Assembly (NCBI GenBank): GCA_965226185.1
Contig: CBDDCT010000001.1
Span: 149,511-213,510, forward strand
Direction: 5' to 3'
DNA from: Bryobacterales bacterium
GTDB lineage: Bacteria > Acidobacteriota > Terriglobia > Bryobacterales > UBA6623
Length of the DNA stretch: 64,000 nt
Of the stretch, positions 9,553 to 17,594 are shown piece after piece. Position numbers and translations under genes: made by a program. How positions within the stretch are numbered: position 1 is the first letter of the stretch; each line of letters begins with the position of its first letter. The notes beneath the pieces are model-generated. The model saw only the letters and a program-made list of their open reading frames with translations, did no database searches and was not told the DNA's origin.

Positions 9553-12264
9553 ATGCGAACCCGCCTGTTTCTCCTTGTCCTGCTCGTCTGTTGTCAGGCT
9601 CTCGCCGCGGAGTCCCTCCTGATCCGGTTCGGAGTCGGCGATTCGGCAGAGCGCGACTGGAGCGGCTCGGTCTCCGTCGAGGGCGGGCGGGTCATCAGTC
9701 TGCGGGGCTGGCAATTCGATCAAGGCGATTCCATCGCCCAGGACCAGCGGAGTTGGAAAACCACTACGAAGCGTGATGAGTATTGGCATGCGCCTTGGGA
9801 GCGCAGCCTGTTCGGGACCAAGCGGCAAACCAAGCTGAGTGAGCGCGGTGTTCTTCTGAGGGTCGAGATGGACGGTCCCGGAACCGTTCAGCTCAAAACC
9901 GGGCCAGGCCCCGCGGAATTTGAACCCGCATCCCTCGGCTGGGACTCGCCCAAGACATTCGCCGGCGGATCGATCGTTGTGAGCCGAACTCCCTCACCGG
10001 CTCGCCTCGAGGCGAGCGGATCGGAAGACTATGTCGATGCGATGCTGTCGCGCGCCGGAGTCGAGTGGGCCGCCTACCAGACCTATCAGAACCGCGGCGA
10101 CCGGCTGTGGATCCGGCGCGGAACCGAGCCGCCCGAGCCTCTTACGCCAAACGGCGCTGATCTGTTCCGCGTGAAGCTCGCGGAAGGCTTGGACGGAGCT
10201 ATGTGGGCTGTCTGGTCCGAGCAGCGGGACGGGAATTTCGACCTGTTCTCCCGTGTTTGGAAGAACGGCTCGTGGTCCCAGACGGAACGTCTCACGACTG
10301 CGCGCGGATCTGACATTTTTCACGACCTCGCCTCCAGCCCCGATGGCCGGCTCTATCTTGTCTGGCAGAGTATGCGGGGAACGAACGGCGACATTTTTTT
10401 GACAATCCACGACGGCGACGGTTGGGGTGAGGAACTGCAAGTCAGCGGCTCCGCGGCCAATGACTGGCGACCCTCGGTAGCGGTGTCGGGCAGCGGCCGC
10501 GCGGCGATTGTTTGGGACAGCTATGCCGCGGGCAACTACGACATCTTCCTCCGTTTTCTCGAGAACGGCCGGCTTGGCGACAAGATCCCGATTGCCGCCA
10601 GCCCGTCGTTCGAAGCGCGGCCACAGGCGGTTTTCGATAAGTCCGGCCGGCTCTGGCTGGCCTGGGAAGAGGGCGACGCGCAGTGGGGCAAAGACTACGT
10701 CAACCAAATTCGTGACGCCGGTATGGGACTGCTCATGCGGCGGCAGGTTCGCGTCGGTGTTTTTGAAGGCGGACGCTTGCGCCAGCCCAAGGGCGAGCTG
10801 GCAGGCGTGCTGCCGCCGGATTACGGTCAAGTATTCCTCGAGCCCCGTCTGCTTCTCGACGGCGAGGGCTCGCCGTGGGTCTTCTTTCGCTATCGAACGA
10901 ACTCTCCCGTCCGCCCGCAGCCGGCCTACCGCTCGATGTGGAGGCTGGGCGCAAGCAGCTTCCAAAACGGCAAATGGACTCCGCTGATCCGCTTCGCGGA
11001 GGGCTTCGGGCGGATCGACGCGCCCGCATCCGTCCATACGCAGGCTGGAGGCGGCATAAAAGTGTACTGGGTCAGTGATGGCCGTAGATATCCGCGGGCG
11101 TTCCCGGCGAACCAAGATCTCTACACAGCGACGCTAGCGGCCAAGCGAGCTTCCGCTAGCGAAGTGCCGCTCGAGGACTTCCGCTTCCCGCCTGAAAACT
11201 ACGCCTCAACTCACCCCAACGAAGCTCAAGATGTGGACCGGTTGCGAGCCTACCGCGCCAAAGTTGGCGGGAAGACCTATCGCATCGTGCGAGGCGACAT
11301 GCATCGCCACACGGATGTTTCCTGGGACGGCAATCGGGACGGCTCGCTTTTCGACGCCTACCGCTATGCCCTGGACGCGGCGGCGCATGACTACCTGGGC
11401 GTGGCCGATCACAACGCCGGCGCGGATGTCGAATACCAATGGTGGATGATCCAGAAGGCAGTCGATCTGCTGTCCATCGCGGGGAAGTTCGCGCCGCTCT
11501 ACGGCTACGAGCGCAGCCGCGGTTACCCCAGCGGGCACCGCAACGTCATGTTCGCCCGGCGCGGCGTCCCCGTCTTCCAGCACACCGCGGACGAACGAGC
11601 CGACAACAACACTAGCGTTGACCTGCTCTACGAGCACCTTCGCGAAGAGGGCGGCACGGTAATGTCGCACACTTCGGCCACCGGCGCCGGCACCGATTGG
11701 CGCGACAGCGACGCCGAGGTCGAAACGTTGATGGAGATCTATCAGGGTTACCGCACCAGCTACGAACACGAAGGGGCGCCGCGCTCGACCTCGCGTGGAG
11801 CTCGTCCGCTTGGGTTCGTTTGGAAAGCCTGGGAAAAGGGCATCAAGCTGGGTCTGCAGTCCAGCTCCGACCATGTTTCGACCCATGCGTCGCAGGGTCT
11901 GCTCTACGTGGAGGAAGTCAGCCGCGAAGCCATCCTTGACGCCATTCGCGCAAGGCGCTCCTACGCGGCCACCGACAACATCCTGGTGGATTTTCGAGTG
12001 AACGGCGCTTTGATGGGAGCGGAGATTTCGTCCAGCGCGAAACCCAAGCTCGAAGCGAAAATCATCGGAACCGGCGCCATCAGCAAGGTCGAAGTCATCC
12101 GCAACAACGAGTACATCCACACGCAACCCGGCGGCACGGCGGAGCTGGAGTTCAGCTATGTTGACAACGACCCGCCGGCGGGTGAGAACTACTATTACAT
12201 CCGCGTTGAGCAGCAGAACGGAGAATTAGCTTGGGCCTCGCCCGTTTGGGTGACGATGGAATAG
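9553..12264 (+). CDS. large secreted protein: repeated beta-propeller-like N-terminal half plus PHP/CehA-like metallohydrolase C-terminal half
   Basis: ORF 9505-12264; ATG 9553 gives MRTRLFLLVLLVCCQALA signal. Repeats of type VWSEQRDGNFDLF, LVWQSMRGTNGDIF, IVWDSYAAGNYDIF; then RGDMHRHTDVSWDG...GVADHN. Confidence 0.75.
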   Translation: MRTRLFLLVLLVCCQALAAESLLIRFGVGDSAERDWSGSVSVEGGRVISLRGWQFDQGDSIAQDQRSWKTTTKRDEYWHAPWERSLFGTKRQTKLSERGVLLRVEMDGPGTVQLKTGPGPAEFEPASLGWDSPKTFAGGSIVVSRTPSPARLEASGSEDYVDAMLSRAGVEWAAYQTYQNRGDRLWIRRGTEPPEPLTPNGADLFRVKLAEGLDGAMWAVWSEQRDGNFDLFSRVWKNGSWSQTERLTTARGSDIFHDLASSPDGRLYLVWQSMRGTNGDIFLTIHDGDGWGEELQVSGSAANDWRPSVAVSGSGRAAIVWDSYAAGNYDIFLRFLENGRLGDKIPIAASPSFEARPQAVFDKSGRLWLAWEEGDAQWGKDYVNQIRDAGMGLLMRRQVRVGVFEGGRLRQPKGELAGVLPPDYGQVFLEPRLLLDGEGSPWVFFRYRTNSPVRPQPAYRSMWRLGASSFQNGKWTPLIRFAEGFGRIDAPASVHTQAGGGIKVYWVSDGRRYPRAFPANQDLYTATLAAKRASASEVPLEDFRFPPENYASTHPNEAQDVDRLRAYRAKVGGKTYRIVRGDMHRHTDVSWDGNRDGSLFDAYRYALDAAAHDYLGVADHNAGADVEYQWWMIQKAVDLLSIAGKFAPLYGYERSRGYPSGHRNVMFARRGVPVFQHTADERADNNTSVDLLYEHLREEGGTVMSHTSATGAGTDWRDSDAEVETLMEIYQGYRTSYEHEGAPRSTSRGARPLGFVWKAWEKGIKLGLQSSSDHVSTHASQGLLYVEEVSREAILDAIRARRSYAATDNILVDFRVNGALMGAEISSSAKPKLEAKIIGTGAISKVEVIRNNEYIHTQPGGTAELEFSYVDNDPPAGENYYYIRVEQQNGELAWASPVWVTME

Positions 12265-12382
12265 GTTTCCGTGTTCAGCCGTGGCGGCATCGGGAACCCG
12301 GTGAGCAATCCCGCGGGAGCGCGGGTGTTCACCGATAGCGGCCGCGATATCCCGCGCGCAGCCCAGCCTTAGCCCGCTTCCC

Positions 12383-13141
12383 TCAGTCCGCCTCAAAGCT
12401 TCTTCCAGCTACAACCGAATAGGACTTGATGTTCACGTCACTCGTATGGACTTGTCCGCCGTGCAAGGACTCCAGTCCCATCTTCCAGTGGTAGAGAGGC
12501 AGCAGATCCCCCGCGCTCTTCATCAACTCTCGAAACACTTCGCCGCGCTCATAGCGTTCGGCGTCTTCTTTGCTATCCCAAATAGTGACCGAGACCAATT
12601 CGTCCTGCACGGCGAGGTTTCCCATCAGGCACGCGTAGCGGCAACCTTGCACCGCCTTTAGGGCGGGGATAGCGTCCTGAGCGTAGCGCTGCTTCACCTC
12701 CTCCGACGCACCGGCTTTGACTTGGAGGCGGACAAGCCGCAGGTACGACATCTTGTCCGGCGCGCGCGGCAGCTTTTCTTTGGTCATCGCTGCCCGGAGG
12801 CCATACGACGTTACGGTGGGTTCCTCGCTCACATTCTTGTATTCAACGGTCAAGTCCTCTGACAACTCGACTCTCCATTCGGCTGTGTCCGCGAGAAACA
12901 CCTCCGACTCCCGCATGAACTGTTTGAATTTCCCCCGACTCCCGTAGGCTTCCATGTGCTCTTGGCTGTCCCACAGCGTCAGCGAGATGCATTCGTTCGA
13001 ATCGGTGACGCTTTCGGATAGGGTGGCGTAGAGGCAGCCTTCGGTTTCTTGCAGGCCTGGAAGAACCCTTTGCTCGTAAAACTCTCGGAACTGGCTCGAA
13101 GCCCAGGGTTTGGGCTTGAGGGTAAGAAGGCGCATGTACAT
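12383..13141 (-). CDS. tandem ABM (antibiotic-biosynthesis-monooxygenase-like) domain protein
   Basis: 252-aa ORF made of two ferredoxin-like ABM-type halves (...SLTLWDSQEHMEAY... and ...SVTIWDSKEDAERY...). Confidence 0.7.
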   Translation of the reverse strand: MYMRLLTLKPKPWASSQFREFYEQRVLPGLQETEGCLYATLSESVTDSNECISLTLWDSQEHMEAYGSRGKFKQFMRESEVFLADTAEWRVELSEDLTVEYKNVSEEPTVTSYGLRAAMTKEKLPRAPDKMSYLRLVRLQVKAGASEEVKQRYAQDAIPALKAVQGCRYACLMGNLAVQDELVSVTIWDSKEDAERYERGEVFRELMKSAGDLLPLYHWKMGLESLHGGQVHTSDVNIKSYSVVAGRSFEAD

Positions 13142-13181
13142 CGGCAGACCCTCCTCAAGCGAAAGATGAGAAGCCTACCGG

Positions 13182-13210
13182 AGTATACACCCGCGCCAAT
13201 TGACGTGCAA
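13182..13210 (-). promoter_or_regulatory. sigma70-type promoter candidate for the ABM gene
   Basis: TTGCAC (13210-13205), 17-nt spacer, TATACT (13187-13182); 41 nt upstream of the ATG, with GAGGAGGG as RBS. Confidence 0.45.
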
Positions 13211-13218
13211 CGGGCATC

Positions 13219-13257
13219 GGGGGTAAACAATAGCACCCCCTGTTTCTGCCCCACCCC
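13219..13257 (+). repeat. hairpin-plus-T-tract repeat, copy 1 (GGGGGTAAACAATAGCACCCCCTGTTTCTGCCCCACCCC)
   Basis: Near-identical to 30583-30622; the GGGGGT/ACCCCC stem is conserved, the loop differs at 2 positions. Confidence 0.7.
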
Positions 13258-13716
13258 CTCCGGGGGGCGGCAGTGGTCCGCCTGCACCAGGCGCCCCACA
13301 GCCCACAGGCGTACGCTCGTGGCGCCGGAGCTCGAAATCGGACATCCTCACGGGCGGGAGTCATTCACATGCAAGCCAAGCATTTCACTCGCCGCGAAGT
13401 GAAAGAGCTTGTTGGAACGCACGTGCAAGCATTGGCGGATTGTCGTTCCGTTCGGAAAGGGACGTTTGGTGTTGTCACGATAGCCCGAGCCCGTACTACG
13501 TGCCGACCGGGTTCAAGGGATTGGGTGTGAAGACGCGCGCAGTAAAGGGCCACGAATTCGGACTGAACGTCCCAGCCGAGGACAAGAAGGCGCTGATCGC
13601 GTTGCTGAAGACACTCTGAAAGAGGTGTGTTGTAGCGATCAGTGACAGTCAGGCAATTGTCGTACGGCAATCGGTGACATCCAAGATAGGTCCCTCGGCT
13701 AGCGGCCCCGCTTCTT

Positions 13717-14760
13717 CTACGGCACGATCGCCGTTTTCAGGTGGCCGTTGTGCCCCATCATGTGGCGAAACACGTCCAGCAGTTCGGTCAGCGGAGCTTC
13801 ATTGATCACAAAATCGTCGGCGCGGAGTTCGCGGCGGGAGATGACATCGAGCGCGCTTCGGATATGCCGGGGCGTGTGATGGAAGCTCGACTTGAGGGTA
13901 ACTTCGGAATAGTGCATGAGCGAGGTGTCCAGGCGAATGTGGCTTCCCGTCGGGCAACCGCCAAAGAAGTTGACCCTGCCGCCGCCGCGAACCATTTCCA
14001 TGGCGGATTGCCAGGTTTCGGGGGTGCCAACGGCTTCGACCACGACGTCGGAACCCAGTCCCTCTTCCGTCAGTCCGCGGACCCGGGCGACCGTATCCGC
14101 GCGCTCGGTGGCGGTGACCAGCTCGTCCGCGCCCATTTTTTCGGCCCGTTCGAGCTGAGTCGGGCGGCGCCCAACAGCGATAACCCGGGTCCCCGCCAGC
14201 TTCGCCATTCGAACGAACATGAGACCGATCGGCCCTAATCCAATCACGGTGACCGTGTCTCCGTCGTTCACTCCGGTTTCCTCGAGTCCCCGCAAGACGC
14301 AAGCCAGCGGCTCGATCATTGCCGCGTCGCGATAGCTGACGCCGGCTCCAATCTCATGCGTATTGCACTCGACGATCGGGCCCGGTATGCGAGTGTATTC
14401 CGCATACGCGCCGTTGTTGAACAGCAAATGCTCGCAAAGGTTTTCCTGCCCCCGCCGGCAGTGGTAGCAATTCCAGCAAGGCGCCGAATTAGCGGCGACG
14501 ACTCGCTGGCCGATTTTGAATTTGGCGACCTCGGACCCGACTGCCACGATGTCACCCGCCAATTCATGTCCGAGCACGGCTGGTGGCTGGATCATTCGCG
14601 CATGATAACCTCGCCGAAACACTTTGAGATCTGTTCCGCAAGTGAGGGCAACGCGAACCTTCACCAAAATATCGTTCGGTCCCGCCGTGGGTACGGCGAC
14701 AGGCTCGATTCTGAGCTGTTCCCGCCCGTACAATGTGGCGGCTAGCATCGTCTCTTTCAC
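13717..14760 (-). CDS. Zn-dependent MDR dehydrogenase (sorbitol/threonine dehydrogenase-like), second of two
   Basis: 347 aa; LTCGTD, GHELAG, structural-Zn loop CWNCYHCRRGQENLC, Rossmann GLGPIG. Confidence 0.9.
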   Translation of the reverse strand: MKETMLAATLYGREQLRIEPVAVPTAGPNDILVKVRVALTCGTDLKVFRRGYHARMIQPPAVLGHELAGDIVAVGSEVAKFKIGQRVVAANSAPCWNCYHCRRGQENLCEHLLFNNGAYAEYTRIPGPIVECNTHEIGAGVSYRDAAMIEPLACVLRGLEETGVNDGDTVTVIGLGPIGLMFVRMAKLAGTRVIAVGRRPTQLERAEKMGADELVTATERADTVARVRGLTEEGLGSDVVVEAVGTPETWQSAMEMVRGGGRVNFFGGCPTGSHIRLDTSLMHYSEVTLKSSFHHTPRHIRSALDVISRRELRADDFVINEAPLTELLDVFRHMMGHNGHLKTAIVP

Positions 14761-14795
14761 GTTTGATTTCCTCGACAGCTTCGCGGCGGCCGGTC

Positions 14796-15881
14796 CTAAC
14801 TCTGCGGGTAGACGACGAGTTTCAGAGAACTCTCCGTCGGCCGGCGCGCCAATTCGATTCCTTGCTCCATCTCGCTCAACGGGATTCTATGGGAGATCAA
14901 CTCCTCCACGGGAAAATCCTTTTGCCAAACAATCGCAGCCGACTCCTGCTGGCAATCGACCGAAGCGCTATAGGAGCCGAACACCGTGCGTTCCTGAGCG
15001 CAAATGGCCGCCCCGCTCACTCGAAAAGTTTCTTCCGCCGACGTCTGGGCGAATAGCATGACCCGGCTGCCCGGCCGCGATGACTCCAGCGCTTGTTCAA
15101 CAATATGCGGCGCCGATGCCGCGATGATCACCACGTCCGCCCCGCGGCCATCGGTGACTCCCCGTACTGCCGGCGTCAGATTCTCCGCGGACGGATTCCA
15201 GACACCGCGCGACCCTAACCGCCGCGAAGCCTCCAGCCTAGCAGGAATGAGGTCCGTCGCGTAAACCCGCTCAATCCGCGCCCGCCGCAAGAGCATGGTG
15301 AAGATCAGTCCGATCGGTCCCTGCCCCATGACCAGAACCGTTTCGTCCGGCTGGATCCCGCAGCGCTTGACCGCCTTGAGACAGGTATTGACAGGCTCCA
15401 CGAAGCTGGCCCGGTCAAAGCTGACGTCGTCGGGCATCTTGACCACGCCTCGCCGCACGATCCAGTCCATCACTCGGACGTATTGAGCAAAGCCGCCCCC
15501 GGCCGGCTCAAACCCGGCGCTGACTCCCACTTTCTTGTAGGTAGCGCACTGCGCGTAATTCCCGTGGTCACAGTAGAAACACTTCAGGCAAGGGATGTGA
15601 TGGAACAAGCACACTCGGTCTCCCGGCGCAAAACCGTTGACGTCCCGGCCCACCGCGGCCACCACTCCGGCTGTTTCATGGCCGAAGATGCGAGGAGGCG
15701 GAAGCAGGTTGTACGCGATCTTCTTCAAGTCGGTGTGGCAAATTCCGCAGGCCTCCACCCGGACCAGCAATTCGCCCGGCCCCGGTTCCGGGACAGGAAT
15801 CTGCTCCAGGTGGACGCGGCTTTCGCCGCGATACACCGAGGCTGACATCGAACTGGGTACAGCCGGACTCCAGGCGCTCAT
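14796..15881 (-). CDS. Zn-dependent MDR dehydrogenase (sorbitol/threonine dehydrogenase-like), first of two
   Basis: 361 aa (alternative start at 15848); GICHTD, GHETAG, CLKCFYCDHGNYAQC, GQGPIG; 18 nt downstream of hpnG. Confidence 0.9.
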   Translation of the reverse strand: MSAWSPAVPSSMSASVYRGESRVHLEQIPVPEPGPGELLVRVEACGICHTDLKKIAYNLLPPPRIFGHETAGVVAAVGRDVNGFAPGDRVCLFHHIPCLKCFYCDHGNYAQCATYKKVGVSAGFEPAGGGFAQYVRVMDWIVRRGVVKMPDDVSFDRASFVEPVNTCLKAVKRCGIQPDETVLVMGQGPIGLIFTMLLRRARIERVYATDLIPARLEASRRLGSRGVWNPSAENLTPAVRGVTDGRGADVVIIAASAPHIVEQALESSRPGSRVMLFAQTSAEETFRVSGAAICAQERTVFGSYSASVDCQQESAAIVWQKDFPVEELISHRIPLSEMEQGIELARRPTESSLKLVVYPQS

Positions 15882-15899
15882 CGTGAACTTAAAGTTGGT

Positions 15900-16625
15900 T
15901 CAAATTTCGAAGCGAGCTTGACCGAAAAACGCCCCGAGCGCCAATGCTGCTCGGTGTGCGTCTCGCCGCAAAGCCAACAACTGTTTCCACCGCCTGGGGC
16001 TGATGCCCGCCTGGGCGGCTACGCGCCACCCGGAGAACGTGCCGTCCGCTCTCCGGCAAAGGTTGAAATCAATTTCGAAAGAAGTGCCCGACTCGTCGCT
16101 GACCACTCGAACGCAATAGATCGGAAGGTTGCGCCGCCCGGCTTCGGCGGCCACGGCTGAAGCCTCCATGTCAACGGCTTCAAATCCGGTCTCGCGAAGT
16201 TTTCGTTTGCGCTGGGCGGACTGCACCACTTCGTCCACCGTCACGAGCTTGCCCGCGGCGGGGCCAGGATGAATCGAACACTCCGGTAATCTTACAGGAT
16301 ACTCTAGTCTCGGTTCGAACTGCGTGATCCGGTTCGCGAGAAACACATCCGCGACCCGAAGATCCGCGTCGAGCGCTCCGACGAATCCGGTTGATACGAC
16401 AGCCCGCACGTCAAACTTTTCGCATGATTCTCGCACCGCGCCTGCGGCGTTTTTCCGGCCCGGTCCGTTGGCGGCCAGCAAAGCCGGGCACCCGCCGAAA
16501 CTGGTTTGCGCGCTCCAGCGCAGGCCAAAGGAAAGCGGCCTCAAAACATGACCCGCCGCGGCAAAACCAGCGAACTCCATTCGATCGGCCGCTACGACTA
16601 AAAGTAGTGGTTCTCTCGAAACCAT
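15900..16625 (-). CDS. hpnG: hopanoid-associated purine nucleoside phosphorylase-family protein HpnG
   Basis: 241-aa PNP/UDP-1-type fold; overlaps hpnA by 28 nt and lies in the hopanoid gene context. Confidence 0.75.
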   Translation of the reverse strand: MVSREPLLLVVAADRMEFAGFAAAGHVLRPLSFGLRWSAQTSFGGCPALLAANGPGRKNAAGAVRESCEKFDVRAVVSTGFVGALDADLRVADVFLANRITQFEPRLEYPVRLPECSIHPGPAAGKLVTVDEVVQSAQRKRKLRETGFEAVDMEASAVAAEAGRRNLPIYCVRVVSDESGTSFEIDFNLCRRADGTFSGWRVAAQAGISPRRWKQLLALRRDAHRAALALGAFFGQARFEI

Positions 16626-17578
16626 CGAATCGCCCGTTGGAGCGCATCTTCCACCGGTCCCGCCTGAAAGTGTAGCTCCCGCTCAGCCTTATCAGTGCGG
16701 ACAAACATCTTCTTGCCGGCCATCCGAACGGCCTCCAGCGAGGCCCGGGGCTCGCGGCCGGTGAACCGCGAGGCGGCCGTCGCGATGCCCGCATAGGCTA
16801 GCGCTATCCCGTAGGGCAGGCGCACGCTTGGCGCCCGCCGCCCGCTCAAACGCGACAACTCTTCCAGGATCTCACGCAGTGTCATGTTGCGCGCGCCCAG
16901 AATGTAGCGCCGGCCGCGGGCCCCGTGCTCAGCGGCCAGCAGGTGGCCCCGTGCCACGTCTCGGACATCGATCAGGTTCAAGCCCGTATCGAGGTAAGCC
17001 GGCATCGCGCCGCGCATAAAGTCGACGACGATCTTTCCGGTTGGCGTTGGCTTGAGGTCAAACTCCCCCATGGGCGCGGTGGGATTCACGATCACAACGT
17101 TGAGCCCGCGTTCGGCGTACTCCAACGCCGCTTGCTCGGCCATGAACTTCGAGCGCTTGTAGTCACCTGCCATTTCGCTCAAGGAGACCGGGTGATCTTC
17201 CGTTCCAGGCCGCCCATCGCCGGGTATGCCGATGCATCCGACCGTGCTGGTATAGACAACTCGCTCAACCCCCACCCGCAGTGCCGCTTCTAAGATGTTC
17301 CGAGTGCCCTCAACGTTGGAGCGGTAGAGCTCGGCCGGGTGGCGCGCCCATAAGCGGTAGTCCGCCGCCACATGATAGAGCGTCGTGCAACCCTGCAGAG
17401 CCTGACGGAGCGACACCGGATCCCGCAAATCGCCAATTGCTTTTTCGACGGAAAGGCCGGCGAGCCCGATGAGGTTGCTCGATGGCCGAACGAGCGCTCG
17501 TACAGCCTGACCCTGTTGGACGAGCAGGCGGGCCACGTGGCCTCCGATGAATCCCGAAGCGCCAGTGACGAAAATCAC
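16598..17578 (-). CDS. hpnA: hopanoid-associated NAD-dependent sugar epimerase/dehydratase-family protein HpnA
   Basis: 326 aa, GTG start; VTGASGFIGGHV Rossmann motif, YxxxK (YKRSK); hopanoid gene context. Confidence 0.8.
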   Translation of the reverse strand: MIFVTGASGFIGGHVARLLVQQGQAVRALVRPSSNLIGLAGLSVEKAIGDLRDPVSLRQALQGCTTLYHVAADYRLWARHPAELYRSNVEGTRNILEAALRVGVERVVYTSTVGCIGIPGDGRPGTEDHPVSLSEMAGDYKRSKFMAEQAALEYAERGLNVVIVNPTAPMGEFDLKPTPTGKIVVDFMRGAMPAYLDTGLNLIDVRDVARGHLLAAEHGARGRRYILGARNMTLREILEELSRLSGRRAPSVRLPYGIALAYAGIATAASRFTGREPRASLEAVRMAGKKMFVRTDKAERELHFQAGPVEDALQRAIRWFRENHYF

Positions 17579-17594
17579 GTTACCTGTGAACCGT

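Noticed and set aside
13219-13257. Possible CRISPR repeat (reverse strand reads ...GGGGCAGAAAC..., a CRISPR-like repeat end)
   Set aside because: Only two copies, 17 kb apart. There are no regularly spaced repeats or spacers and no cas genes in the window.
13440-13619. Start-less frame ending ...GFKGLGVKTRAVKGHEFGLNVPAEDKKALIALLKTL, reminiscent of the C-terminal tail of cytochrome c / di-haem peroxidase-type proteins
   Set aside because: Only the last 15-20 residues resemble anything, there is no CxxCH in frame and no start codon. It may be a gene remnant but the evidence is too thin to call.
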